Sequence record: SRR20825019_620
Length of the DNA: 51,006 nucleotides
Direction: 5' to 3' (one strand)
Position 1 is the stretch's first letter, and every line of letters starts with the position of its first letter. A program made the translations under genes and the position numbers. Under the pieces are notes generated by a model that was given only the letters and a program-made list of their open reading frames with translations, had not been told where the DNA came from and searched no databases. This document shows positions 8,719 to 19,300 of the stretch, in pieces.

Positions 8719-9885
8719 ATGCAACAAAAAAAGTATCCAAAAAACTTCTGGATAATGTGCTGGGCTCTCCTCGCATTTATGATTAGTTTCAATTTGTTTA
8801 TTCCCGAATTGAATACTATGATCACTTCTCTTGGAGGAGCTGATCTCAAAGGAATGAATTTCCTCTTGTTCTCATCCGCTGCGTTGATTTCACGACCAAT
8901 CTCGGGGAAACTTTCGGATACGATAGGAAGAATAAAAGTAATGTACATTGGACTTTTCATCGGTCTAATAGTTACGTTAATGTACCCTATTTGCGGAGTG
9001 CTATCTTTATTTCTTTTGTTGCGATTTTCTCATGGGTTTAGTGCTGGTTTTTTGCCTACGGGAGCAACCGCGCTTGTTACAGATCTCCTTCCTCCTGCAG
9101 GTCGAGGAGTAGCCATGGGAATTTGGGGAACATTCATTTCAGTTGGGTTTGGAGTTGGAAATTTCTTTTCTACATACATAACGCAAGCGATTGGCTTAAC
9201 TGGACTTTTCTTAGTCGCAGCGAGCTTTGCCGTTATTGCAGGTGTTTTATTGTCACTCCTTTCGGAAACTTTACCAAACCCACAGCGCTTTAAGCTTTCT
9301 CACTTAAAAGTTGGATTCAACGATATTTTGGAGCCAACTGTTCGACCTGCAGCCATTGTAATGTTCTGTTCTGCCACTTCAACGGGGGTTGTTTTTGTTA
9401 CAACACCTGATATTAGTGAGTACCTCGGAATAGAAAACAAAGGATGGTTCTTCCTCTTTTACATGTCCTCCACTATTCTCATTCGCTTGTTTGCAAGCAG
9501 TTGGTCGGATCGAATTGGGCGACGAAGAGTACTCATTTATGGACTTGCTTTCATGTTTTTAGGAATGATCACCGTTGGTTTTGCGCAAGAATGGATGATG
9601 TACACGCTGGGAGCAATTCTATTTGGCGTTTCAACAGGGATTTCAAGTCCTACAGTATTCGCATGGACGGCAGATTTATCTCCAGTTGCTCGAAGAGGCG
9701 TTGGGGCTGGAACCGTATTTATAGCCTTGGAGGGAGCGATTATTTTCGGTTCTGTAATTACCCTGACTTTTTACAACAGCACTCCGTCAACGATTCCTTT
9801 GGTATATTCCATTGCTGCACTTATATCCATTATTGGAATATTCTACCTCATTTGGCACATTCGTACGAAAGAATCAAAATTCTAG
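8719..9885 (+). CDS. Major facilitator superfamily transporter
   Basis: About 12 TM segments; motif A in both halves ([21 protein letters not shown]). Confidence 0.92.
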   Translation: MQQKKYPKNFWIMCWALLAFMISFNLFIPELNTMITSLGGADLKGMNFLLFSSAALISRPISGKLSDTIGRIKVMYIGLFIGLIVTLMYPICGVLSLFLLLRFSHGFSAGFLPTGATALVTDLLPPAGRGVAMGIWGTFISVGFGVGNFFSTYITQAIGLTGLFLVAASFAVIAGVLLSLLSETLPNPQRFKLSHLKVGFNDILEPTVRPAAIVMFCSATSTGVVFVTTPDISEYLGIENKGWFFLFYMSSTILIRLFASSWSDRIGRRRVLIYGLAFMFLGMITVGFAQEWMMYTLGAILFGVSTGISSPTVFAWTADLSPVARRGVGAGTVFIALEGAIIFGSVITLTFYNSTPSTIPLVYSIAALISIIGIFYLIWHIRTKESKF

Positions 9886-10662
9886 TTCATCATTGATTTT
9901 CAGGAAACGTCTGAGGTAATTGACTGCTAGATAAAATGGTCCTGTATCAATCAATGCCATTAACATTTTGAAGAAGTAACTGCTTAGGACAAACATGAGC
10001 AATTGAAAACCAATAGAAACTTCTGGTTGTAGCGGAAGTGCGTGAGCATAATAGTGAGTGATCAAAATAACGGCTACGGAATCTACTAATTGAGACGTAA
10101 GTGTAGAAAGATTATTTCGGAGCCATAATTTTTTACCTTTTGTCTTCTTTTTCAAATAATGAAAGACATGAACGTCAATAAACTGCGCTGTAATATATGC
10201 TACCATTGAAGCAGTTGTGGCGCCAAAGGTCAATTTTCTGATTTCATAGAACGCGTATCCGTAAGGAACATTTGCTTGATCTCCGTCCACAGTAATTGGC
10301 AGTGAACCGTTTACCAATTCAGGAGCTTCCAATGACCCACCGATCCAAAGAAAAAAGAGCACCCAGACGTTTAAAATCAATCCTATCCAAACGAGCATAT
10401 TCGCGCGCTTTCTCCCGTACAATTCAGACACTAAATCGGTACATAGAAATGTGATTGGATAAGGCAATACGCCAACAGCAAGCGAAAACCTAAACTGGCT
10501 ATCGTCCGAAATTCCAATCCAGCTAGACAAATCGATAAACCTCGAAATTCCAAGGATGTTGAGCATGGTTAACGATCCAAGAAAAATGCCTGCAAGCAGC
10601 AGAAACACCCATTCTCTTCTGCGTCTCGTTAATTGGTCTATATTTTCGGAGGAATACATCAT
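9874..10662 (-). CDS. Queuosine precursor transporter (YhhQ/VUT family)
   Basis: GVLPYPITFLCTDLVSELYGRKRA, ASMVAYITAQFIDV, LWLRNNLSTLTSQLVDS, ALIDT. Start moved to ATG 10662 to remove overlap with the divergent gene. Confidence 0.88.
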   Translation of the reverse strand: MMYSSENIDQLTRRRREWVFLLLAGIFLGSLTMLNILGISRFIDLSSWIGISDDSQFRFSLAVGVLPYPITFLCTDLVSELYGRKRANMLVWIGLILNVWVLFFLWIGGSLEAPELVNGSLPITVDGDQANVPYGYAFYEIRKLTFGATTASMVAYITAQFIDVHVFHYLKKKTKGKKLWLRNNLSTLTSQLVDSVAVILITHYYAHALPLQPEVSIGFQLLMFVLSSYFFKMLMALIDTGPFYLAVNYLRRFLKINDELEF

Positions 10663-10709
10663 TTTTTCGGAATACAAAATATTAACTATCTTCGGACAAA
10701 TCGTAGAAA

Positions 10710-11066
10710 GTGCCAAAAATAACTGAGGAACAACTTACAAAACTGTACTACTCCATCGGAGAAGTGGCTGATATGTTTGGCGTTAATGCTTCTTTGATTC
10801 GATTTTGGGAAAAGGAATTTTCAGCTCTTAAACCTAAGAAAAACAAAAAAGGAAATCGATTATTCACGCCAAAAGATGTTCTCACCATCGATCGAATCTA
10901 TGAATTGGTAAAAGAACAAGGTTTCACACTTGACGGAGCAAAAAAATCACTTCGTCTAAAAATCACTGAAACAGAAACAGTTGTCGAAACAGCTTCTAAT
11001 ACTGAAGTAATCTCAAAATTAGAATCCATTAAAGCTCGACTGCTAAAACTTCGAGATCGGTCCTAA
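10710..11066 (+). CDS. Short MerR-family HTH regulator (Bacteroidota type, no effector domain)
   Basis: KLYYSIGEVADMFGVNASLIRFWEKEF...GNRLFT...GFTLDGAK; GTG start. Confidence 0.9.
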   Translation: MPKITEEQLTKLYYSIGEVADMFGVNASLIRFWEKEFSALKPKKNKKGNRLFTPKDVLTIDRIYELVKEQGFTLDGAKKSLRLKITETETVVETASNTEVISKLESIKARLLKLRDRS

Positions 11067-12139
11067 TTCGGATTAATCTGTCTATGCTTGAAGTGCATAA
11101 AAATTTCCATTGCCTCACCCTCCGTCATTTCATTGTCGTAAGAACACACTCCAATTCCTTCCAGTAAACACGTTAAAATCTTTCCTGATTTGTTCTTCTT
11201 ATCGTTATTCAGATAAACAATCACTGATTTGATGTCTTCGTCGGAAAAAACTGGAAGTGGATAAAAAGCCAACAATGCTTCTTCAATCGATTTATATTCA
11301 ACGGATGAAAGAAGTCCTCGTTTAAAGGAAAGGTATGCTTCAAAAACCATCCCAACTGCTACTGCGTGACCGTGCGTAATTGGTTCCTCTTCCATCAAAT
11401 ATCCTTCAATAGCATGTCCAAATGTATGTCCGAAATTTAATTTCTTCCGAATATTCATTTCTTTTGGATCTTGCTCTACAATTTCTTTTTTCACTTGGAT
11501 GCACTCGATCAACAGGTCCAAATTTAGTTCTGTTGGATTCTCCATTTGCACCAAAACCTTCGTCCACAGATTTTTATCGTGAATTAAACCGTGTTTCAGC
11601 ATTTCAGCGTAGCCACTCAGCCATTCTTCTGGAGCAAGAGTTCCTAAAAAAATAGGATCAATGTACAACGCAATAGGCGTATTGAACAATCCAATTTGAT
11701 TCTTGTAGTGTCCTAAGTTGATTCCTGTTTTCCCGCCAATTGATGCGTCGACCATCGATAGTAAAGTGGTTGGAACATTGATAAACTGAATCCCTCTTTT
11801 GTAACACGATGCTATAAATCCACCGATGTCTGAAATGAGACCACCTCCCAAATTGATAATTAAGTCGTGTCGCGTAGTTTCATATTCCGTAAGTACCTCC
11901 CAAACGTGACCAGCGATTTGCAATTGCTTGTTTTCTTCACCCATAGGAAGTACAACAACTTCCGCCTCCGATAAGTCTTCAAAGCTCGTCAGCAAGTACT
12001 CTAAACAGTACTCTTGCGTGTTTTCGTCCACGATAATAAAGCACTTTGAATCACGAAATGGAATCAATTTTTCAGGGAAGGAGGACTCCAAAATGGAACC
12101 AACTTCAATAATATATCCGTCTGTATTGAGAAGATGCAT
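11063..12139 (-). CDS. aroB: 3-dehydroquinate synthase
   Basis: LGGGLISDIGGF, PTTLLSMVDASIGGKTGIN, AEMLKHG, LNFGHTFGHAIE, HGHAVAVG. Start moved to ATG 12139 because the ORF-track TTG lies in a TACTTTTG promoter element at 12158-12165. Confidence 0.95.
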   Translation of the reverse strand: MHLLNTDGYIIEVGSILESSFPEKLIPFRDSKCFIIVDENTQEYCLEYLLTSFEDLSEAEVVVLPMGEENKQLQIAGHVWEVLTEYETTRHDLIINLGGGLISDIGGFIASCYKRGIQFINVPTTLLSMVDASIGGKTGINLGHYKNQIGLFNTPIALYIDPIFLGTLAPEEWLSGYAEMLKHGLIHDKNLWTKVLVQMENPTELNLDLLIECIQVKKEIVEQDPKEMNIRKKLNFGHTFGHAIEGYLMEEEPITHGHAVAVGMVFEAYLSFKRGLLSSVEYKSIEEALLAFYPLPVFSDEDIKSVIVYLNNDKKNKSGKILTCLLEGIGVCSYDNEMTEGEAMEIFMHFKHRQINPN

Positions 12140-12157
12140 AAGTCTGTCTTTGTTCCA

Positions 12158-12213
12158 CAAAAGTAAATATTCGCATTAAGAGTCATAAGTTTTTTTATTT
12201 CAATGTATTTTTG
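12158..12213. promoter_or_regulatory. Divergent sigma-A -7 elements for aroB (minus, 12158-12165) and proline dehydrogenase (plus, 12206-12213)
   Basis: TACTTTTG and TATTTTTG, both exact TAnnTTTG matches. Confidence 0.6.
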
Positions 12214-12217
12214 CGCC

Positions 12218-13384
12218 ATGATTTCATTCGAAAACACTCAAATTGCCTTTCAAGGTAAATCCAATAAGGAGCTGAAAAGAGCTTACTGGTTGTTCAAAAT
12301 GGTGGGTAGTCCGTCATTTGTGAAATTCGGTAAATGGGCAACCAATCTTGCTTTGAAACTTCGACTTCCGATTAAAGGAATGATTAAAAAAACCATTTTT
12401 AGTCAATTCTGTGGTGGAGAATCCATTTCTGAATCCATTTCAACCTCCAAGCAATTGGCTGAGTACAACGTTAAGACCATTTTGGATTACAGTATTGAAG
12501 GAAAAACACTGGATATCGATTTTGAATCTACGGTGAATGAAATCATCGATACAATTAAGGAAGGAAAGAACAATAATCACATTCCGTTTGCTGTGTTTAA
12601 GGTGACGGGAATATGCTTGTTTGGAGTATTAGAAAGAGCGAATAAGGGAATTAACGATCTTTCCGCTGCGGATAAAGAAAAGTATGATCAAGTTGTAGAT
12701 AGAATCGATCAAATTTGTAAAGCCGCGTTTGAAAATGACGTTCCTGTGTTTATTGACGCAGAAGAATCGTGGATTCAGGATGGAATTGATCGTATTGCGG
12801 AAGAAATGATGGAGAAATACAATACGAAGCGAGCTATTGTGTACAACACGCTTCAGATGTACCGTCATGATCGTTTGGATTATTTTGAAAAGTGTATTGA
12901 AAAAGCACGAGCGGCTGGTTATCATTTGGGAGTGAAAATAGTTCGTGGGGCTTACATGGAAAAAGAACGAAATCGCGCAGTAGAAAAAGGCTATCCCTCG
13001 CCCATTCAGCCCGACAAAGCGGCGAGTGATAAAGATTTCAATGCAGCACTACTTATTGCTGTAGAGAATCTCGATTGTGTTGCCATTTGTGCGGGATCTC
13101 ACAATGAAGAAAGTGCGTTGATTCTCGTTAAAGCGATGCAAGAAAAGAATATCCGTTTTGATGACAATCGCGTTTATTTTGCTCAATTGCTTGGGATGAG
13201 CGATCATATTTCTTTCAACCTAGCCGATGCCAACTACAATGTCGCTAAATACGTTCCTTACGGTCCAGTGCAAGAAGTAATGCCTTATTTACTAAGAAGA
13301 GCAGACGAAAACACTTCCGTTGCTGGTCAAACAAGTCGAGAATTATCTCTTATAATGAAAGAACGCAAGCGAAGAAAATCTTAG
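12218..13384 (+). CDS. Monofunctional proline dehydrogenase
   Basis: QFCGGE, FIDAEESWIQ, NTLQMYR, KIVRGAYME, GSHNEES, QLLGMSD, KYVPYGP..MPYLLRRADEN; ATG 12218 preferred over 12203. Confidence 0.93.
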   Translation: MISFENTQIAFQGKSNKELKRAYWLFKMVGSPSFVKFGKWATNLALKLRLPIKGMIKKTIFSQFCGGESISESISTSKQLAEYNVKTILDYSIEGKTLDIDFESTVNEIIDTIKEGKNNNHIPFAVFKVTGICLFGVLERANKGINDLSAADKEKYDQVVDRIDQICKAAFENDVPVFIDAEESWIQDGIDRIAEEMMEKYNTKRAIVYNTLQMYRHDRLDYFEKCIEKARAAGYHLGVKIVRGAYMEKERNRAVEKGYPSPIQPDKAASDKDFNAALLIAVENLDCVAICAGSHNEESALILVKAMQEKNIRFDDNRVYFAQLLGMSDHISFNLADANYNVAKYVPYGPVQEVMPYLLRRADENTSVAGQTSRELSLIMKERKRRKS

Positions 13385-13417
13385 CCTGCGTCCATTCTTA
13401 AACGTTTTCTTTAACGA

Positions 13418-16021
13418 TTAGCGTAAAACGCTCACATGTCCATTGAATGTGTATCGTTTATCATTAAATATATCTCCACATTCTACGGTATAGATATACA
13501 TTCCTTCTTTCACTAGTTTTCCTTTGTACGTTCCGTCCCAGAATACTTCAGAATCGAAGCTTTCCCAAACCATTTCTCCCCATCTATCAAAAATTCTCAA
13601 GTGGAAATCTCCTACATCGATTCCATTAATATGGAACTCCCATGTTTGATTATGCTCGTCTCCATCTGGTGTAAATGCATTTGGAGCAAAGAACGTCAGG
13701 TCATTTAAGATACTTACGTACTTAAGAATTGAGTCTTGACATCCGTTAACATCCGTTATTTTCAACCAAACAGGGTAAGAACCTGGAGCGTCGAACGGAT
13801 AATGTACATGATTCACATTCTGAGAATTAGAAGTTGTCGGTACAGCGCTTGCCATTGACCATTCAAATAAAACGATTCCATCTGAACTCGCATTTACAAG
13901 ATTTACATTCGGTTCCAACATCGATACGTTGTTTGGATTCACATAGAAATTAGCAATTGGATTATTGTATGCTTGAATTAAATCTTCAAATGTATATTCA
14001 AACACACAACCATCTGTAGTGGTTACCATGATATAAACATCGTAAATACCTGGTTTTTGATAAGTATGTTCAAATGGAGCTAATCCAGCAAACGTTTCGA
14101 TGGAACCATCTCCGAAATCAATATAAGTTGTTGCAACAATTGATGAACCAGTTACATTCTCGAAATCCACTTGGTGAGGGAAACATCCAGAAGCAGTATC
14201 CACGATCAACATTGGGATTACATTTTCTGGTTCTCCAACATTAAACGTAATGTTCTCAGTACAACCGAATACATCGTTTACAGTGACTGTGTATGTTCCT
14301 GTGCACATTCCTGATCCATTTCCAAGTTGATCACCCGTAATTCCTGACCATGCGTATGTATATGGCGCAACTCCACCGTTAGGTGTAATTCCAACTTGAC
14401 CATCGCAAAAAGAGTAGCATGATGCATCTGTTACATTTGATGCTAATGTTAAAACAACTGGTTCAGTGATTGTAAATGTTTCTGTATCAGTACAACCTTC
14501 CACCGATGTTACTGTGATAGAATATGTTCCTGCTGGGAATCCACTCACGTTTGTTGGAGATGTTGCGGCAACTGCTGGTGCATTATCTACGGAGTATTCC
14601 ATATAATTGACTCCAGTCATATTAATAAATCCGTCGGAAAGTCCGTTACAGGTTACCGGCGTTGGCACCACAGATGCAATGTTGGTTACTATATGTGTTA
14701 CATCAACGTATGCAGTATCGGAACATGCAAGTGCGTCTGCAACATACATATAAAGTCCTGAAGGCATTGTTACTGGATCGTGTGGCATTGTTGTTGGCGC
14801 TCCACTTGGAAGAAACCAATTTCCTCCTGGATCAGCTGTTGGTCCAAGCAATGGAAATAAATCTTCTGCTGAACCATCTGCACAATAACCAACTACGGCA
14901 TCTACACCTGCGTTAGGCAATGGATTGATTGTTATCGTTTGAGTTCCCATCGCCGAATTATAGCACGATGAATCCGTAACTCCTGTGAGCACGTATATTC
15001 CGGGTGTACTTCCCAAGTTTATTGGAGAAGTTGTTCCTGTTGCGGACATTGCAGCTCCATCAAGTGTGTAATCTACTGTCCATCCAGAAATTCCTGTTAC
15101 TCCAACAGTAATATCACTCACTGGATCACCTGCACAATAAACGTCTCCGTTTAAAATATTTGTAGCCGTAGGCATAATCACGTTTATCGTGAATGTGCTA
15201 TCGCAAAAATTTACACCATCATCATAATATACAGTGATTGTAGTATCTGAAGTGATTGTCATTGTTTGAGAAGATGAATTAACTCCTGGGTTGTTACTCC
15301 ACCAATAATTTGCTCCAGGTCCACATACAAGCGGCGTAATAACTACGTTATCAATTCCCCAGTTGTCGCAGCATGTTCCTGAAGTTGGAGATTCTTGAAT
15401 CCATTGAAACATTGTACTTGTTGAAAATGCTCCTGGAGGAATATTCACAACAAATGTAGACCAAGTGGTATACGCTGTAATATTTCCTGGAGGTAAAATT
15501 CCACCACCTACAAATGGATTTGCTGCTAGCGTATATCCTCCTGGACTGTAGTATACTATTGTTATCCAAGTAACTCCACCATCCGTACTGTATTGTAGAC
15601 TTACACCCTCATCCTGCTCATCTGGACCTTCACAAGGAGCTGATCCACCTTGAACGGCATAGGCCATATCAAAACTAATTGATCCCCCACAGGAGACATC
15701 AAAACCGTTGGTTGTCATGGATGGATTTGCATTTGCAGCAGTCGACGCCCAATAATATGGTGTATTATTCGGTCCAGTTCCACAAGGCTGTCCAAAAGCA
15801 GCAACTCCTCCATTTTGCCAACCAGCTCCCGCTGTACCATTATCGAAGTTTGTCGACAACGAAGGAACAGAAGAGTACGCCAAAGCTGACATAGAAACAG
15901 TTCTTCCACAAGCAACACTTGTTGCAGAGAGTGAAATGTTAAATGTACACTGCGCTTGGATTCCACTGGAGAGCAGAACGAATAATAGAAAAGTTAAAAT
16001 TCTTGTAGTTAGTTTCTTCAT
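13418..16021 (-). CDS. T9SS type-B-CTD surface protein with Reelin-like N-domain, SprB-type repeats and PKD domains
   Basis: Signal peptide IQA-Q; YSTDGGVTW Asp-box; GGVAPYTYAW...GTYTVTVNDVFGC; DFGDG PKD motif; C-terminal FAPNAFTPDGDEHN...IFDRWGE...WDGTYKG...GHVSVLR. Confidence 0.9.
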   Translation of the reverse strand: MKKLTTRILTFLLFVLLSSGIQAQCTFNISLSATSVACGRTVSMSALAYSSVPSLSTNFDNGTAGAGWQNGGVAAFGQPCGTGPNNTPYYWASTAANANPSMTTNGFDVSCGGSISFDMAYAVQGGSAPCEGPDEQDEGVSLQYSTDGGVTWITIVYYSPGGYTLAANPFVGGGILPPGNITAYTTWSTFVVNIPPGAFSTSTMFQWIQESPTSGTCCDNWGIDNVVITPLVCGPGANYWWSNNPGVNSSSQTMTITSDTTITVYYDDGVNFCDSTFTINVIMPTATNILNGDVYCAGDPVSDITVGVTGISGWTVDYTLDGAAMSATGTTSPINLGSTPGIYVLTGVTDSSCYNSAMGTQTITINPLPNAGVDAVVGYCADGSAEDLFPLLGPTADPGGNWFLPSGAPTTMPHDPVTMPSGLYMYVADALACSDTAYVDVTHIVTNIASVVPTPVTCNGLSDGFINMTGVNYMEYSVDNAPAVAATSPTNVSGFPAGTYSITVTSVEGCTDTETFTITEPVVLTLASNVTDASCYSFCDGQVGITPNGGVAPYTYAWSGITGDQLGNGSGMCTGTYTVTVNDVFGCTENITFNVGEPENVIPMLIVDTASGCFPHQVDFENVTGSSIVATTYIDFGDGSIETFAGLAPFEHTYQKPGIYDVYIMVTTTDGCVFEYTFEDLIQAYNNPIANFYVNPNNVSMLEPNVNLVNASSDGIVLFEWSMASAVPTTSNSQNVNHVHYPFDAPGSYPVWLKITDVNGCQDSILKYVSILNDLTFFAPNAFTPDGDEHNQTWEFHINGIDVGDFHLRIFDRWGEMVWESFDSEVFWDGTYKGKLVKEGMYIYTVECGDIFNDKRYTFNGHVSVLR

Positions 16022-16025
16022 TTTT

Positions 16026-16232
16026 CTAATAATTAATTTTCATTTCAGTGTTAAATCTAGTTTCCATGAATGAACTAATTAATGACTTCACAGAACTATT
16101 TGATCGATCTTCTCTAAGGTTGACTTTTTTTTCCATTCGCTTTGATTGTGGACCCTCGCTTGCGTTAAACACGTGAGAAACCAAAATGAAAACGGGGCTA
16201 AAAAGCCTACTAGGATGAATCTCTTTCATCAT
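16026..16232 (-). CDS. Possible small ORF (68 aa) immediately upstream of the 867-aa T9SS cargo
   Basis: A-rich initiation region before ATG; stop 4 nt before the next ATG; promoter-like elements just upstream; no recognisable domain. Confidence 0.3.
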   Translation of the reverse strand: MMKEIHPSRLFSPVFILVSHVFNASEGPQSKRMEKKVNLREDRSNSSVKSLISSFMETRFNTEMKINY

Positions 16233-16339
16233 TTATTTATATTTTTTTAATAGTAGTTTCATAGGTTAAACACCAAATCTACGGATGGGTTGCCTATTTT
16301 CCACTTAAAATAACGTTAAAATTTGAACATAAATTTAAT

Positions 16340-16365
16340 AAAAAAAGCGGAACCCTTAGTCCCGC
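16340..16365 (-). terminator. Probable intrinsic terminator after the 1535-aa gene
   Basis: Minus strand GCGGGAC-TAAGG-GTTCCGC-TTTTTTT. Confidence 0.7.
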
Positions 16366-16389
16366 CTCAAAATAAGTGTTGAATATCAA

Positions 16390-19300
16390 CTATTTAAGCA
16401 AGTTAATATGCCCATGAACTACTCGCCTTTCATCGCTTGAAAGTGTTTTAAATTCAATTTTCCAAGTGTACGTTCCGTCTTGCATTAATTCACCTCCGTA
16501 TGTTCCGTTCCATCCTATTTCGGCATTGTGACTTTCGAAAAGAACTTCACCCCAACGATTAAAAATCAATAATGTATAATCAAAAGGATCAAATCCACTT
16601 GAAAATACGGGTTGGAAGGTTTCATTATAATGATCGCTGTCTGGAGTGAATGAATTTGGAACATAGAATATCACCTCTTCGTTTACCTGAATCGTTACAT
16701 ACGCAGTATCTGGACAACCCAAAGGCGAGTATGCTATCAATTCAACTAAATATGCTCCGGAAGTTTCGTCTGGAAATTCATGGCTTGGCGAAGTTTGTAC
16801 ACTTCCTCCTGTATTATCTCCAAAATCCCATAAATAGGAAGTTGCTCCAGTAGATGTGTTGGTGAAATCAATCAATGTACCGAAATTGTCCACTACAGTC
16901 GCTGATGGAGTGAATGATGCATTCGGATAAGCTTCTACATAGATGTAATCGGTATAAGTCGTACTATTCGAGCAACCATTGGCAGTAGTAACATTCAAAG
17001 TAACGTCATACAAACCAGCATTTAAAAAAGTCGTTGTCACTGAACCACAACCTGTAAGAATTGTTCCGTTGCTAAAAACCCATTCACAATCGACGAGACT
17101 TCCAGAAGTTGTGTTTGTAAAAGTTACGGTAAGAGGAGCGCATCCTGAGAGCACATTTCCAACAAAAGAAACATCTGGTATTGGTTCCACCGTTATTGTA
17201 ACATCATCGTCATCTTGACACCCATTCACATCGGTTCCAGTTACCGTATAAGTTTGCGTTGAGACTGTTACGAACGGTAAACCGTCTACTACCCCACTTG
17301 TCCAAGAATAACTAGAAGCTCCGCTGCCTGACAAGGTAATTACACTTCCTTCACAGACAGTAACGTCACTTCCTGCATTTACGATTGGCAACGGATAAAC
17401 AGTTACATCCACTTGATCTGTACTTGAGCAGCCATTTGCATCCGTTCCTGTAAGCGTATAGGTTGTAGTTCCAATCGGTGAATTAAACGGAACTCCGTCT
17501 GTAACTCCATTATTCCAACTTAACGTTGTCGCACCTGAACCGTTCAATGTAACAGGAATTCCACTACACATAAATTGATCAGGCCCAGCATCAATAACTG
17601 GAAGAGGATTAATTGTTACATCCACTTGATCTGTATTCTGACACCCATTAGCATCGGTTCCGGTTAAGGTGTACGTAATTGTTCCCACTGCCTGTTGAAA
17701 TGGAATCCCATCTGTCACGCCATTATCCCAAGCTAACGTTGCAGCACCAGAACCAGAAAGCGTAGTTAAAACACCATCGCATACTGTTTGGTTGGCTCCT
17801 GCATCAACTACTGGCAAAGGATTCACATTCAACGTAACGTTTGAAGTGCTATCACAACCACCTGGAAGCGGGAAGGTTTCAGAATAGACTCCCGCAGTTG
17901 ATTCAAGATTTCCATGAATCAGAATCGACTGTCCTTGACAAATGGTAACTGAACTGTTGTAGGTTGTTGAAGTTAATTCTGTCACTGTAAAAACAGCTGA
18001 AGTACCAGAACAACCGTTTGCGTCTGTTACAGTTACTGTTATTGGATTATCGAGATCAGTTACATCTGTTGTTGCTGTTAAATCTCCTGTACTCCAAGAA
18101 TAAGTGGTATAAGCGATTGTTGTTGACAACGTTGAAAAACTACCCGTACAATACGTTGAGGCGCCTGTAATTACCGGAGAAGGGTTCGGGTTAATTGTGA
18201 CAAGCGCAGTTCCTGTTCCAACGCATCCGTTTGCGTCTGTTCCTGTAACAGTGTAGGTAGTTGTAGCACTTGGGGTAAAAGCAACTCCATTTGTCACTCC
18301 GTTATTCCAAGTGTAGGAAACTGCTCCTGTTCCATTCAACGTAACAGCATCGCCGTCGCAAATAGTTTCATCATTCCCGTCTACCGTTGGTAAAGGATTA
18401 ATGGTCAAATTGAACGTTGAACTTGCAAAACAGATTGGATCAGGAGTAGTATAAGTAACGACATACGTACCTGGTGTAGACGCTGCAATGTTGATCACTC
18501 CCGTTACAGAATTGATCGACAATCCTGCAGTAGAACTAAACGTTCCTCCAGGATCCCCGGTGATTGTTGGAGTTGGATTTGCTGCGTTTGCACAATAATT
18601 TGTCTGTGGATAACTAAAAGATGCATCTTCGAGCCCTACGAATGTTCCAGTAATTGTAATTGAGCACCCGTTTCCATCGACTACGTCAAAGGAGTAAACA
18701 TCCCCATCTTGGAGTCCTCCTACGACTACTGTTCCATTGTTTGGTGCGGTTCCTGTATTCACTGTCGCCGTAACCGGAAGTACATTCTGAACCGTAAAAT
18801 TAGATCCATTCATGGCTGGAAGTCCGCCCGAAACTGTGGTTGAAACAGTTCCTGCTGTACAATCCTCTACACTCGTTTCGGTGATGTCAACCAAATACTG
18901 AACAGAAAAAATGGGCCCGACCTCATAGCAAGGAAGTGAAGTATTTACATAACTGTATGTGTTTCCAGAAATCGAATACATTGTGATCGGCATGAAATAC
19001 AATGTATTATTCACAGGAATTGATCCTCCGTTTGCAATTGCTTGGTTTACCCAGTAAAGATCATTGAAGTCACTAAAATTTGGTCCCGTAACGATAAATT
19101 CTAAGCAGGGATCATTCTCTATCGCATCAGCAGGGTTGGTATTTGGTACAAGCCCAAGTGTTGGTGGACACGAATAAATCAACCATGAAACACCTGGGTC
19201 GTAAACTGGTCCTGGAGGACTGAATACTTCTGCTGCAGCCGTCCAATCTCCATTTGATGTGAAATCAACTGTTTCGTCCCAACATAAAATAAAATCGTTT

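Noticed and set aside
9444-9896. 150-aa alternative-frame ORF inside the MFS gene
   Set aside because: Almost fully nested in a well-supported gene and has no protein-like motifs
10663-10709. preQ1 riboswitch upstream of the YhhQ transporter
   Set aside because: 47-nt divergent promoter gap with no preQ1 stem or A-rich tail pattern recognised
17190-18400. Periodic DNA similarity as a possible CRISPR array or tandem repeat element
   Set aside because: The 213-nt period is in frame and explained by Ig-like protein repeats
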